Source: a virus. Taken from it: 64,000 nt of DNA. The stretch spans positions 96,001 through 160,000 of the IMG/VR virus record IMGVR_UViG_3300020048_000018. The stretch is one strand, 5' to 3'. The translations under genes and the position numbers were made by a program. Each line of letters opens with the position of its first letter. The stretch's first letter is position 1. The notes below the pieces were generated by a model. The model was not told the origin of the DNA. It did no database searches and saw only the letters and a program-made list of their open reading frames with translations. Below are positions 49,449 through 60,307 of this stretch, piece by piece.

Positions 49449-49946
49449 ATGAAAAATATTATTTATGCAATCGGTCTTATTCTCGCAATCAGTTTGTTTA
49501 TTTCCTGTAAGGATGTTCCGGTAACTGCCACACCTACCGCTACAAGTGTAAATATTGAAGGGGAAGTTTTCAATATTGTAAAAATCTCAGGTACAGGAGT
49601 TCCTGACATTTGGGTATTAAAATCTGCTGAGGGGGTTTCTACAACTACCCAGAGGTATAATAACTCTACGGAAACAACAGAGACAATCTACTCTATCCTG
49701 AAGGCAGAGTCCAATTTTGAAGAGCTTCAATTGGATAGATTGGAATCTCTTGCAGATGTAATTAATTCCAAGACCACACAGATAACAAAGCTTCTAAAGC
49801 TTCTGGAAGAAAATAAGAACTTGACTTCTCTTGAGAAGTACAAAATTTCAAAACAGTTTGATGACAATCTCTATGCTGTGTACAGAGCTTCCAATCAATT
49901 AAATGATAAGTTCAAATTGGGAGCATTGGAAGAGATTGAAAAGTGA
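49449..49946 (+). CDS. Putative lipoprotein, paralogue of 47988..48410
   Basis: MKNIIYAIGLILAISLFIS-C. Similar IxK...P.I segment and helical C-terminus. Confidence 0.7.
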   Translation: MKNIIYAIGLILAISLFISCKDVPVTATPTATSVNIEGEVFNIVKISGTGVPDIWVLKSAEGVSTTTQRYNNSTETTETIYSILKAESNFEELQLDRLESLADVINSKTTQITKLLKLLEENKNLTSLEKYKISKQFDDNLYAVYRASNQLNDKFKLGALEEIEK

Positions 49947-50440
49947 ACGCACTATATGCAGGAAGCTTTGACCCCTTCACAAAAGGTCATGAAGATGTTT
50001 TGAAACAGGCTATTCTACTGTTCGATAAAGTAAAATTAGTTGTATGTGAAAATTCCTCTAAACACGCCTTTCTTACAATGAATGAAAGATATGATTCCCT
50101 GTGTAAATATGTTCTGGACAATAGTCTGTCAGACAAGGTAGAGATACTTTGGTTGGATGCAGGTAAAGCTGTAGTAGATATTTCTGCTGAACATGATGCA
50201 CAGTTTCTTATTCGGGGAATTCGAACGGTAACAGATTTTGAGTATGAATTGCAAATTTCTTCAATGAATAAGGTGTTAAACAATTCTGTTCATACCATTT
50301 ATTTTACACCATCGAGCGAGAATCAATTCACAAGTTCCTCTATGGCAAGAGAATTTATTCGGTTAAAGAAAACCCAACTAAGTTTCCTTCTTCCTGAATC
50401 AATAATTAACTTTATAAATAACAAGGGATATATATGGTAA
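49943..50440 (+). CDS. coaD: Phosphopantetheine adenylyltransferase
   Basis: YAGSFDPFTKGH, RGIRTVTDFEYE, SSSMARE. Confidence 0.9.
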   Translation: MNALYAGSFDPFTKGHEDVLKQAILLFDKVKLVVCENSSKHAFLTMNERYDSLCKYVLDNSLSDKVEILWLDAGKAVVDISAEHDAQFLIRGIRTVTDFEYELQISSMNKVLNNSVHTIYFTPSSENQFTSSSMAREFIRLKKTQLSFLLPESIINFINNKGYIW

Positions 50441-50961
50441 TCGGAGTAACTGGTAAATCGGGATCTGGTAAATCAGAGTTCAGTAGACGCTTGGCAAATC
50501 TCTTAAATGCAAAACATATAGACATTGATAAAGTTGTACATAAGGAAATAGAAAAAAACCATTCTAAGATATGTGAATTGTTGGATATTCCTAAAACATC
50601 TATGGTAACAGATATTGGTGAAATTATTTTCACTAATAGGGAGAAATATAATCTTGTGGTAGGCTTAGTATGGACTCCCACTTTGTACGAAATAGAAAAA
50701 TTGATGGGAGAACATGATCGGGTTGTTCTTGATCACATCCTTCTTCCTCATATGGGCAGTCTTTGGGAACGGTGCGAATTAAAGTATCTTATTGAATGTG
50801 AGCGTACATTACGCTACAAGAGAATTTTTAAGAGAGATGGGATTTCACTCCGTACTCTCAAATTGAGAGAAAGTGCTTCTATTGAATATCAGGAAAATAT
50901 GTTTGATAGAATACTTACTGAGGAAAGGATTGCAGATATTTTTAAAGTAACCTATCCATAA
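50434..50961 (+). CDS. coaE: Dephospho-CoA kinase
   Basis: IGVTGKSGSGKS, IDIDKVVH, R..R...RDG. Overlaps coaD. Confidence 0.75.
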   Translation: MVIGVTGKSGSGKSEFSRRLANLLNAKHIDIDKVVHKEIEKNHSKICELLDIPKTSMVTDIGEIIFTNREKYNLVVGLVWTPTLYEIEKLMGEHDRVVLDHILLPHMGSLWERCELKYLIECERTLRYKRIFKRDGISLRTLKLRESASIEYQENMFDRILTEERIADIFKVTYP

Positions 50962-51001
50962 AATAGAGTAATTACCGAGAGTAGTTTTAAGGAAAAAATT
51001 G

Positions 51002-52009
51002 ATGAGTGATTTTTATAATATTATCTATGACCTTGATGAAGTTAAAAACTTCTATGATAAAGTATTGGCTGTCAAACCCTTGCTTCCTAATGAAGTTCGT
51101 TACGTGAGTTTATCCGTTAGGAACAAGTATTTGAATGAGGAAGAACGCAAATATTATAATTGCGGCAGGTCAGAAATGTTTGGTAAGCAGGTTGTTCGCC
51201 ACGATACTTGGGAAGCTTACAAACAAGCCTTATATCGCTATGAATGTAATAAGCTTGGTTACTTAACAAAGAATGGCATCCCTTACCCAGAGAAAGCAAT
51301 GGTATGTTATGCCAATATAAATCCCTGTGACTCTTTGGAAACAGTTAATGAGATGATGAAATCTATAACTGAGAATAAGGATGCACTGGTATATGCCGCT
51401 CTCAAAAACTCCAAGTACGGTATTAGTGAAGCGTTTCATAAAATAAGAAAGATTGAAGATACCATGATTTCCCTGTATGCTAGAAATGTTGGTTCGAGAA
51501 ATTGGATTGATATGGATTTAGATATTGGAAAAGATAATGTTATGGACATTATTTCTTTCGTAGAACCTTTACTTACCTTTATGGGTTTCACTGACCACTA
51601 CTGGGTAGACACTAAAGGTGGAGTTCACCTTCTCTTAAAAAAAGACGAGATGAAGTTCAATCCTGCTTTGGTATGTGATGTATGTTATATTGCTTACTGG
51701 TTGTATTCAGGGTATTACCTGAAAGGGTCAAGGATTCTTTTCGATATGAACAATGAGGCTCACAGAGATAGTATGCTTACCCTTTTTAAGGAAGTGGAAA
51801 TCATTCAAAACAAGAATCAAATGGTACCCCTAAGTGGCACATTGCAAGGTGGACATCAAGTGCGGATTCTTAACTTGGAAGGTTTGACTCTACACTCTGT
51901 AGATTCCCTAGTATATGAAATGCAAAATTTCTGTGAAGAGATGTTTAAGAAAAAGAATGAGTTGCTTCGGGTGATTAATTTTAAGAATAATAAGGTGGCG
52001 GTGAAATGA
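51002..52009 (+). CDS. AEP-superfamily (primase/polymerase-like) protein
   Basis: WIDMDLD (DxD), VDTKGGVH (motif II), VPLSGTLQ. Confidence 0.5.
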   Translation: MSDFYNIIYDLDEVKNFYDKVLAVKPLLPNEVRYVSLSVRNKYLNEEERKYYNCGRSEMFGKQVVRHDTWEAYKQALYRYECNKLGYLTKNGIPYPEKAMVCYANINPCDSLETVNEMMKSITENKDALVYAALKNSKYGISEAFHKIRKIEDTMISLYARNVGSRNWIDMDLDIGKDNVMDIISFVEPLLTFMGFTDHYWVDTKGGVHLLLKKDEMKFNPALVCDVCYIAYWLYSGYYLKGSRILFDMNNEAHRDSMLTLFKEVEIIQNKNQMVPLSGTLQGGHQVRILNLEGLTLHSVDSLVYEMQNFCEEMFKKKNELLRVINFKNNKVAVK

Positions 52010-52515
52010 AAAAGATTTTAATACTTCTGTTTTTGCTTTCAGTGGTTTTGGTTTCCTGTGAACAAAAAAGAGAACGAGGGGATTCGGTTGAATCTGACCC
52101 TTATGAAAATGTAGATAAATATTTTCTAGGGGAGAATAGTGGAAAACATTATCTACAGAAGTTGAATCTGTCTGATATTAGTCGAGGAGTAACCTCTGTT
52201 TATTTTTTTACTGACACCGTGAACAATAAGAAACTTGTTTTCTTCCTTTGGGATGTTGAGGGTTATGAAAAAACATATTCGCTTTCTTCCCTCCCTTATA
52301 CAAATCTCAAGTTTGAATTTGTAGAAGATGAAAGTCAGAGACCTTATATAAAGTTTAAGTATAAGTCTCAAGTCACTATTGGGTCTTTTTCTAACACACA
52401 AGAGGTATTGGATAAAACAGTTATCTTTGCAGTAGTTGTGTGCAATTATAAAGATTATATCAACCAAGAAGTTTCAATCAATGAAAATTCTATCAATTTT
52501 ATAAAGGCAAATTAA
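52006..52515 (+). CDS. Putative lipoprotein
   Basis: MKKILILLFLLSVVLVS-C. Confidence 0.7.
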   Translation: MKKILILLFLLSVVLVSCEQKRERGDSVESDPYENVDKYFLGENSGKHYLQKLNLSDISRGVTSVYFFTDTVNNKKLVFFLWDVEGYEKTYSLSSLPYTNLKFEFVEDESQRPYIKFKYKSQVTIGSFSNTQEVLDKTVIFAVVVCNYKDYINQEVSINENSINFIKAN

Positions 52516-53829
52516 ATGAGAGATACCTTGAAAGAATGCGAGTTTCTGTACAATGAAAACAAAGAATTAATTGGGGTTGATTTAGGTGCTGACTATGCCG
52601 CAGAACATGAATGTGGAATTAAGGAATTAAGAGAGCTGTTTGGATGCAATCCTAAGAAAATGGGTCTTAATTCCGCTAAGATAGAGAATCTCTCAAACTT
52701 TTATTCTGGTAAACTCTCCTTGAAAGAAGCTGTGTGGTATTATCTCTCATCCTCAAATGTTGAAGATAACCCCTATCAATTGGATTGGAAAACCCAAACA
52801 GAGAAAACTACCTGTACCTTAATAAAAGCAGGGTGGGATAAAAAAGGATTTGCAGTTATCAGTACAAACAAGGAAGCTATTGAAACAATAAGATCTTTCT
52901 TCGATAAGAAGGATGTTCTCTTAGGGGTAGGTAATTCTTCAACTCCTTTTGGTAACGGAGGATTTATTATATTAAAGTTTTCTGCTGTCCCAAAAGAGAC
53001 TATGCAAAAATCAATTGATGCTCAGAAAGCTTATTCTAAAAATAAGAACTCCCTTGAAGAATCAAAAGCTTTTAAAAAACTAAAAGCCAAAGATGCAGAG
53101 TGGAGAGAGAAATATCCTTTCTGTAGTAACAGCCCTTGGTCCTATATGTATCTGGGTGCTGATAGTAATTCCGATAAGTATTGGATGAACCCTGAAAATC
53201 AACAACACATCAATTCTGGTTGGCTTTCACTAAAAGATATTGAAGACTGGGCTGATGAGAAAGTTGGCAAATGTATCATGTCTGCTGAGAAGTTTGACGA
53301 ACTTAAATACATGTGTTCTATGCCTTTTTATATGTACTCGTTTTCCCCTGAATCCTCTAGTGGTAGAAAACATTTTGGAGGAGTAAGTCACCTTCTGTAC
53401 TGTAAGAGTTCCAGAGTAAATCCTATTAAGCAGGGAAAGAAACTTAAGGGTGACAGATTCCTCACACTCCCGTTGGAATCAGAACAGATGTTCGAGTCAT
53501 TCATTAAATACAGTATTTTGGACGACCTTTTTTCCCAGATAGGTGCGTACAATTTCACTTCAATGTCTACCGAGGAACTAAAGTACTATTTTGTTAGGTA
53601 TATTGACAGTAAGCCAAAAGATAAGCTCACAATAAGAAAATCTACTGAAAACGAGATGTATGGATTTTTCAGAATGTTAAACCTTCTTGGATATGGAGAA
53701 TATGGTGCCTGTAATACAGATCAGGGAATGGGAAAACATAACATTGCTTGGTGGAAGGATTTGCTCAGTACTGAAGCAGATTTTGATTTTATTAATCTTT
53801 GTGGGATGCTTAGAGAGGACTGGAAATGA
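52516..53829 (+). CDS. Hypothetical protein
   Basis: 437-aa ORF in a packed operon. Confidence 0.75.
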   Translation: MRDTLKECEFLYNENKELIGVDLGADYAAEHECGIKELRELFGCNPKKMGLNSAKIENLSNFYSGKLSLKEAVWYYLSSSNVEDNPYQLDWKTQTEKTTCTLIKAGWDKKGFAVISTNKEAIETIRSFFDKKDVLLGVGNSSTPFGNGGFIILKFSAVPKETMQKSIDAQKAYSKNKNSLEESKAFKKLKAKDAEWREKYPFCSNSPWSYMYLGADSNSDKYWMNPENQQHINSGWLSLKDIEDWADEKVGKCIMSAEKFDELKYMCSMPFYMYSFSPESSSGRKHFGGVSHLLYCKSSRVNPIKQGKKLKGDRFLTLPLESEQMFESFIKYSILDDLFSQIGAYNFTSMSTEELKYYFVRYIDSKPKDKLTIRKSTENEMYGFFRMLNLLGYGEYGACNTDQGMGKHNIAWWKDLLSTEADFDFINLCGMLREDWK

Positions 53830-54219
53830 AAGAGTACTATATTCAGGGACAAGGTGATAGGGACTGGTTGTTTATTCTAATGATTATTCCTACTATTCAC
53901 TCAGACTATGCGTATACCCTGAAGAAAAAGTTTATTGAAATGGAAGCGTACCAGTTTATCAAGTACATCCAAAAAGAAATAAACGAAAAAAGAATTATTA
54001 GTTCAAATTACGAGAATGGTGTATATCATCTATCTTTAAGCAATTCAATTCTCAAGTAGTTTCTGTGAACTAGTTCGACCTTTCCTATGAATACATTGAA
54101 TAGCTAACCCAATCACTAAATAGCTATGAGTTATTTCAATCCTTTTTTAAAGGCTTAAAAATAACTCAAGCTACTTTTTTTGTTAATATATTACATATAA
54201 CTTTAATAGGGGTATCTCA

Positions 54220-54510
54220 ATGGAAAACGAATCTTCTGATATTCAAAATTACGTTTCATTTAAAATGCCGGTATGGAAGGATAGATTCAATCTGTCCAGT
54301 AAAGTATCCCCGAAATTAATATCTTCAATAATAGAAGATACAAGACTTGGATTAGAAGAATGTGAAATTTTCTCTGTTAGAGAAGAACTTTCTAATATTC
54401 TAGATATAAGTGATGAGTATCAGAAAGATAAAGTAAACCTTACAGATTCTGATGTTAGGTCTATTCGCTCAATTCTTATAGAGTCATCAACATGTAGCTT
54501 AAAAGCTTAA
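54220..54510 (+). CDS. Hypothetical protein
   Basis: TGTTAATATA at 54181 and a GGGG RBS upstream. Confidence 0.6.
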   Translation: MENESSDIQNYVSFKMPVWKDRFNLSSKVSPKLISSIIEDTRLGLEECEIFSVREELSNILDISDEYQKDKVNLTDSDVRSIRSILIESSTCSLKA

Positions 54511-54519
54511 AAGGTTAAA

Positions 54520-55440
54520 ATGAAAATATTACAAGCATGGTCGTCAGGTTTTGATTCTACCTGTCTCTTATATAAAAACTTGAGAGAGGGTAACGAAGTA
54601 TATCCAATCTACATAGACTCAAAAAGAATTGATAAAGTAAAGAGAGAATGTGAACTTAGAGCTATTAAGGAAATTACAGAAACCCTTGGTAAACAATTTA
54701 ATAATTATTATACAAAGTTATATTATCATGAAAATGTAGAGGTTTTCGTAGGATCAGAAGGAGTAGGGAACGGATATTCGTATCAACCATTTTTATGGAT
54801 AATGGGATTATTCAACCATGTAATATCCAACCCTCATATTGATTTTGACGAAGTTCATATTGGATATATTATGAACGATGACGCCCTCTCCTTTATTGAA
54901 GACCTTAAGATTTTGTGGAATCATTTGTTTAAGTTTAATAGAACTACAATCTTAGGTAATAAAAAAATACCAAGGCTTGAGTTTCCTCTTAAATATTTTT
55001 GTAAGCAAGATGTTCTAACTTCTCTTAAAGAAGCAAACTTACTTAATAGTTGTTGGACATGTGAAAACCCTGAGTTTATTAATGGGCAATTTTATCACTG
55101 TGCTACCTGTACTCCTTGTACACATCTTAAACCTTTTATTTACTTGTTGGACAAGTCCCATAAAAACAATGTTAGATTTGCTAAGTTTGAAAGAGATATC
55201 CCTAAAGATAAGAACAGTAAGTCATATGGAGAATGTGCATTAGATATTAAGATTATGACCGCACCAGAAAGAAAAATTGATAGTTATGAAACGGTAGATA
55301 AAGATATAGTTAGAGAATTGTACGCTTATGATTCCCAATTAAATCTAGGATTCTTACCTGAGGAATTATACTCGGTATTTCCTTCTGATTCAAAAAAATG
55401 TTGTGATGATGAAGGACCTCTTTTTAACAAACAACCATAA
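54520..55440 (+). CDS. QueC-like PP-loop ATPase with Zn site
   Basis: WSSGFDST PP-loop, FPL...K, SCWTC...HCATCTPC. Confidence 0.75.
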   Translation: MKILQAWSSGFDSTCLLYKNLREGNEVYPIYIDSKRIDKVKRECELRAIKEITETLGKQFNNYYTKLYYHENVEVFVGSEGVGNGYSYQPFLWIMGLFNHVISNPHIDFDEVHIGYIMNDDALSFIEDLKILWNHLFKFNRTTILGNKKIPRLEFPLKYFCKQDVLTSLKEANLLNSCWTCENPEFINGQFYHCATCTPCTHLKPFIYLLDKSHKNNVRFAKFERDIPKDKNSKSYGECALDIKIMTAPERKIDSYETVDKDIVRELYAYDSQLNLGFLPEELYSVFPSDSKKCCDDEGPLFNKQP

Positions 55441-55696
55441 GAGGATAAGAATTAATATGAGAAAAGAAAAGAAAGATGAAATGTATAGATACCCTAAGGA
55501 CGAATCTAAGGTTGATAATGTAAACTTTAAGATTATAGTTCCTACAGAAGAAGATAAGCAAAAACTTATTAAAGCTTTTAGGTATTTACATTATTGTGAT
55601 ATAGATACTGAATACGTTTGGGTTAATCAGCTCGTACATTCCTACTTAGAAGATTCAAGGGCTATTATTGTAGAGGATGAACTATTCGAGGTTCTT

Positions 55697-56333
55697 AATG
55701 AGTAAAAGTATTTGTGGAGCATTTAAACCAAATAGAAATGATGAGTTATATACTCCAAAAAGTTTGGTTGAAATTTTAGATCCCTATATAAACGTATTCA
55801 TAAAAGACTATGTATATCGTACAGAATCAATTAATCGTATGATAAAACCCGAGTGTCAAAGAAGTTTTACTCCTACAGTTTGGCTCCCATTTGATTTAGA
55901 GTCTAGTGAGTACGTTCATTACTTTAAGTCACGAGGGGATTTTAATATTGAGTTCTCTCATATATCTACTGGACAAGACTTCTTTACTTATGAGCCAAAG
56001 AATTGGGATATAGCTATATCAAATCCCCCCTTCTCACGAAAGTTGGATGTATTCAAAAGACTTAATTCTCTTGGGAAACCGTGGGCAATGTTAGGAAATT
56101 TAATGTCTCTGAATTACCAAGAAATTGGAAATTATTTTGCAGATAACCCTGTTCAAATGCTTATTCCTGATAAGAGAGTTTCCTTTGATGGAAATCCCTC
56201 TAGTTTTTGTTCTGGATATTTTTGTAAAAGGTTTTTATCAAGTGACTTAGTTTTTTGTCATATAGAAAATAATAATGCAAAACAGTATTATATTCCTTCA
56301 AGAATGTATTCGGGAGAAAATAATGATAAGTGA
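55697..56333 (+). CDS. DNA amino-(adenine) methyltransferase
   Basis: NDELYTP, VWLPFD, GQDFF, ISNPPFS. Start approximate. Confidence 0.8.
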
Positions 56334-58274
56334 AAAAGAGTTTTCTGATAATGTTGGTGAAGACATAACCAACCTTCTTAAAAATTGTATTCTAACAGGA
56401 GAAAATATATCCTTAGAAAAATACACTAACCTACCTATGAATTCCTATGAGGTTAAATTTATAGAACCATTGATTAGTAATGAAGCACTGATATGGAAAT
56501 TAGAAAAATCTATTAAGCAAACTAGGCAGTTAGGTAGGTACCAAGTTCCTCCAACTTACCCAGAGTATCTTGCAACAGACGGAATTAACGAATTGCTAAA
56601 AAGATTTAAATTGTTAATTTTAGAAAATAAAATGTACAAAGACTCGATATCTCTATGAAAAAAGTTAATATATAACAGAGGTTAAATGATATGAATAGTA
56701 CCGTAATGAATGAAAATGATGTAAGCACTGAATATGAAATTAAGCATGATGCTGAAACAATTAAAGAGATATATAACTTAAATAATTCCACCGTTGATGC
56801 AACTAATAAGTCAACAACCATAACATTAAATAATCGTCATGATAGACGAAGACTCAATGCCATTCTTAGAAAGAAAAGGAAATAATATGTCAACTGAATG
56901 CAAGTTCCCTCAATACATAAATCCAAAATTGGATACCTTCTATGATTGTTTTTGGTATTTGGAGAGTACTGCATTTTTTTCTGACCCTGAGTTTATTGGA
57001 AAAGATGGAGTATCAGAGGTATCGGTTTTCTCAAAGAACTTAAATCTCAATGTATGGAAAGTTAATCGAATAACTGGGGAAATCGAAAATGACTCTACAG
57101 TAAATACTGAATTAGCTTTTGTTGCCGAGGTGGGCGGTAAAGTTTTCGATAATATGTTTGATAGGTACATTGGGTGTCATTACTCAAATCTAGATTGTTC
57201 TGCTAAAACCTATGAAAAAATGATAATTAAAATTGCTAATCTAGTGGAGGATAATTACCCCCTTAGAGACTATGGTAAAATTAGTCACTTCATGATTGAT
57301 GATGACTATGAAGATATGAAAACTAAATTTGGTGAATATGAAGCACTTATACTTTTTACCAAAAAATATAATATCAAGTAATATGATAGGAGAACAACTA
57401 TGAAACTTTTTGAACAACTAAAAAACCTGTGTGATGCTCTTGGTGGAGCACTTTTTGGTGACGGTAGTCACTCTAAGGATAGGTACCCTTCGGAAGCTCT
57501 TGGAACTGATTGTAAAATTATTAAGGGCGAACATCATTGCACCTATACCAGTGCAGTAGTATGTAAAATCTGTGGAATGGAATTAGGGTGTCATAAGAAA
57601 TCAACTTATAATTGCCCTAACATGAATGAAACAAATGCAAGTGATGTTTGGTTGAAAACAAAATTCACTTTTATGGAGAAATAAATGTCTAAGAAAATAC
57701 TAATCCCCATTCCAGATGAAGAATGGATTTGTCCTGAATGTGGTTCACATGATATATTTGTTGACCCAACCGAAGAACATGACGCAGATGATGAAAGTGG
57801 TGATATCTTTTGGGATACTGATGCAGTAATATGCCCGTCCTGTAATAGAGATTGGAACTTGGCATCCTTTATCAGAAGATGGCTTAAGAAGAAAAATATG
57901 GTGAAGTGCCAGTGCTGTAATGGTACAGGATTGGTGAGATCAGAATGAAAGAAATATTTACCTTGAGAGTTCAAGGGGATGATGATGTTATTATCAATTA
58001 CCAAAACTGTCCTGTTGATTGTCTTAATTTGTATTTTACTTCTTTTGATGTGGCTAAATTTATTGAAATAATTAAGTCAATTTCCTTTACTCCCGTACCC
58101 AATAAAACAGGGTATGTTACTATCATGGAAAACTATATTAAGTTAATGATAGAGTTCCTTAACAATTATAATATAGAAAATATTCAATTCTTCTATGAGA
58201 AGTCATTTGGTGGAAACCAATACATTACACTTTCTTCTTCTTATATTCCAGAAGAAGCTGATTACGTTTTTTAA
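56326..58274 (+). other. Cluster of small hypothetical ORFs (including Cys-rich/Zn-finger 57400 and 57685)
   Basis: Coupled ORFs with CxxC motifs. Confidence 0.6.
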
Positions 58275-58286
58275 AAGGGATTATAA

Positions 58287-59117
58287 GTGATTTTAGATAA
58301 ATGTAAAAAAGAACATTTCTATGAATATGTAGATATCTGTGGAAAATTTGTGGATATTGATAAAGATAATTCGTATGAATTATCCGAAGTAATGATTAAG
58401 CATTGTAAAAATAATAAAGAACAGAGATGTTTGGATTTTATTGAGCTTGAAAATGTTTGGTATGAATCTTTCAAAACAGGAAATCCCGATTTTTCGGTAT
58501 ATGATAACCCTCTATTTGTAAGTGATCTTTGGGCATGTTGGGTTATGTATAGTAGAGATTATCTTAAAAGAATATCTTCCCCTAAGGGAATCTTAAACTC
58601 TCTTGAGGAAACTATAGTTTCTACAAGAAGTATTGTTGAAGATATGGGAGAGGTAAATGGGGTTGTAGACCTTGGTTGTGGTTTTGGTTATACTACTGCC
58701 GGTCTTAAGGAGATGTTTCCTAACTCGGATGTGTATGGTACAAATATCGAGACATCCTTTCAATATAAAATAGCTACATACTTTGGTAAAAAATATAACT
58801 TTTCAATCATACCTGATTGTTCTCATATAGGGAAAAAATTAGATGTTGTTTTTGCATCAGAATATTTTGAGCATATTGAAGATCCTATTAAACATCTTCT
58901 TGGGATATTAGATACTCTTAATCCAAAGTTTCTTATAATTGCAAATGCGTTTAATGCTAGAGCATTAGGACACTTTGATAGATATCTTTTCAATGGAGAA
59001 TATTTTGATGGTAAGACCATCAGTAGAATGTTTAATAAAACATTGCGAGATAAGGGATATAAAAAGGTACAAACCAACCTTTGGAATGATAGACCCTCCT
59101 ATTGGAAAAAAGTTTAA
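58287..59117 (+). CDS. Class I SAM-dependent methyltransferase
   Basis: VVDLGCGFG, VVFASEYFEHIEDP. Confidence 0.85.
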   Translation: MILDKCKKEHFYEYVDICGKFVDIDKDNSYELSEVMIKHCKNNKEQRCLDFIELENVWYESFKTGNPDFSVYDNPLFVSDLWACWVMYSRDYLKRISSPKGILNSLEETIVSTRSIVEDMGEVNGVVDLGCGFGYTTAGLKEMFPNSDVYGTNIETSFQYKIATYFGKKYNFSIIPDCSHIGKKLDVVFASEYFEHIEDPIKHLLGILDTLNPKFLIIANAFNARALGHFDRYLFNGEYFDGKTISRMFNKTLRDKGYKKVQTNLWNDRPSYWKKV

Positions 59118-59156
59118 AACTTAAAGTTAATATATTTAATAGATAAGGATTAAATA

Positions 59157-59435
59157 ATGAAAGAAAATGATAAACCTAAGTTTAAGTGGGGTGTTGAAAA
59201 ACCAGTTCAAACCAATGAACCTACTTGGAAGGATTCTTGGGGCGGTATGCCAGAGTTTGTTCAAGAACAACAAAAGCCTTATTCTCAGATAATGTTTAGA
59301 TTTAATAGTGAAGAAGAACTTCAGGAGTTCGCTGTTTTGATAGGTCAACCTCTTACAAATAAAACAAAGTCTGCATGGTATCCCCAACTTGTTAGGGGGC
59401 TACATTCAGGTAAGAGGTATGTAGATGAATCCTAA
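59157..59435 (+). CDS. Small partner protein of the TET-associated glycosyltransferase
   Basis: WGGMPEFVQE...FNSEEELQEFAVLIGQPLT.KTKSAWYP. Overlaps the glycosyltransferase gene. Confidence 0.6.
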   Translation: MKENDKPKFKWGVEKPVQTNEPTWKDSWGGMPEFVQEQQKPYSQIMFRFNSEEELQEFAVLIGQPLTNKTKSAWYPQLVRGLHSGKRYVDES

Positions 59436-60306
59436 GTATCCAATCTACATTGTTTCAAAAGGTAGATGGCTTACAAGACTCACCAGTAAATCCTTAGAAA
59501 GAATGGGTGTACCCTATCACATTGTGGTTGAATCTCAAGAGTTCGAGGAATATTCCAAAGTAATTGACCCTAAGAAAATACTTATTCTCCCTAATGAATA
59601 CCTAGAAAAGTATGATACCTGCGACTCGTTAGGTAGCTCCCTTAGTAAAGGACCTGGTGCGGCACGTAATTTTTGTTTAGCACACTCAAGAAGTTTAGGT
59701 GCAAAGTATCATTGGGTTATGGATGACAACCTTGACGCATTTCATAGATTAAACAACAATCTTAAAGTTGTATTAGAATGTGGTTCTGCTTTCCTTTGCA
59801 TGGAAGACTTCGTTGAAAGATATACAAATGTTTTAATTGCAGGACCAAATTATTATTCTTTTTGTAAAACTACTGACCCTGTTCCTCCTTACACAATAAA
59901 TACCAGAATTTATTCGTGTCTTCTTATTAGGAACGACATTCCCTACGAGTGGAGAGGTAGATATAATGAGGACACTGATCTATGTTTAAGAGTTCTTAAA
60001 GATGGTTTTTGTACAATTCAATTTAATGCCTTTTTACAAGGAAAGGTAACTACACAAAGAATGTCTGGTGGAAACACTAAAGAGTTTTATAAAGAGGGTG
60101 GAACCTTGAATAAGTCTCAAATGATTGTTGATCTTCACCCTGATGTATCCTCTGTTGTCTATAGATTTAATCGTTGGCATCATCTTGTAGACTATAAGCC
60201 TTTCAAGAAAAATGTCTTGATACGCAATACGAATATACCGGTAGCTTCCCAAATAAATAATTATGGAATGAAGCTTATTTCAACAAATAAAAGGGGCAAA
60301 GATTAA
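59425..60306 (+). CDS. TET-associated/GREB1-like GT-A glycosyltransferase (DNA base glycosylation)
   Basis: YPIYIVSKGR, GPGAARN, WVMDDN, RIYSCLL, WRGRYNEDTDL, TQ...GGN. Confidence 0.85.
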   Translation: MNPKYPIYIVSKGRWLTRLTSKSLERMGVPYHIVVESQEFEEYSKVIDPKKILILPNEYLEKYDTCDSLGSSLSKGPGAARNFCLAHSRSLGAKYHWVMDDNLDAFHRLNNNLKVVLECGSAFLCMEDFVERYTNVLIAGPNYYSFCKTTDPVPPYTINTRIYSCLLIRNDIPYEWRGRYNEDTDLCLRVLKDGFCTIQFNAFLQGKVTTQRMSGGNTKEFYKEGGTLNKSQMIVDLHPDVSSVVYRFNRWHHLVDYKPFKKNVLIRNTNIPVASQINNYGMKLISTNKRGKD

Positions 60307-60307
60307 T

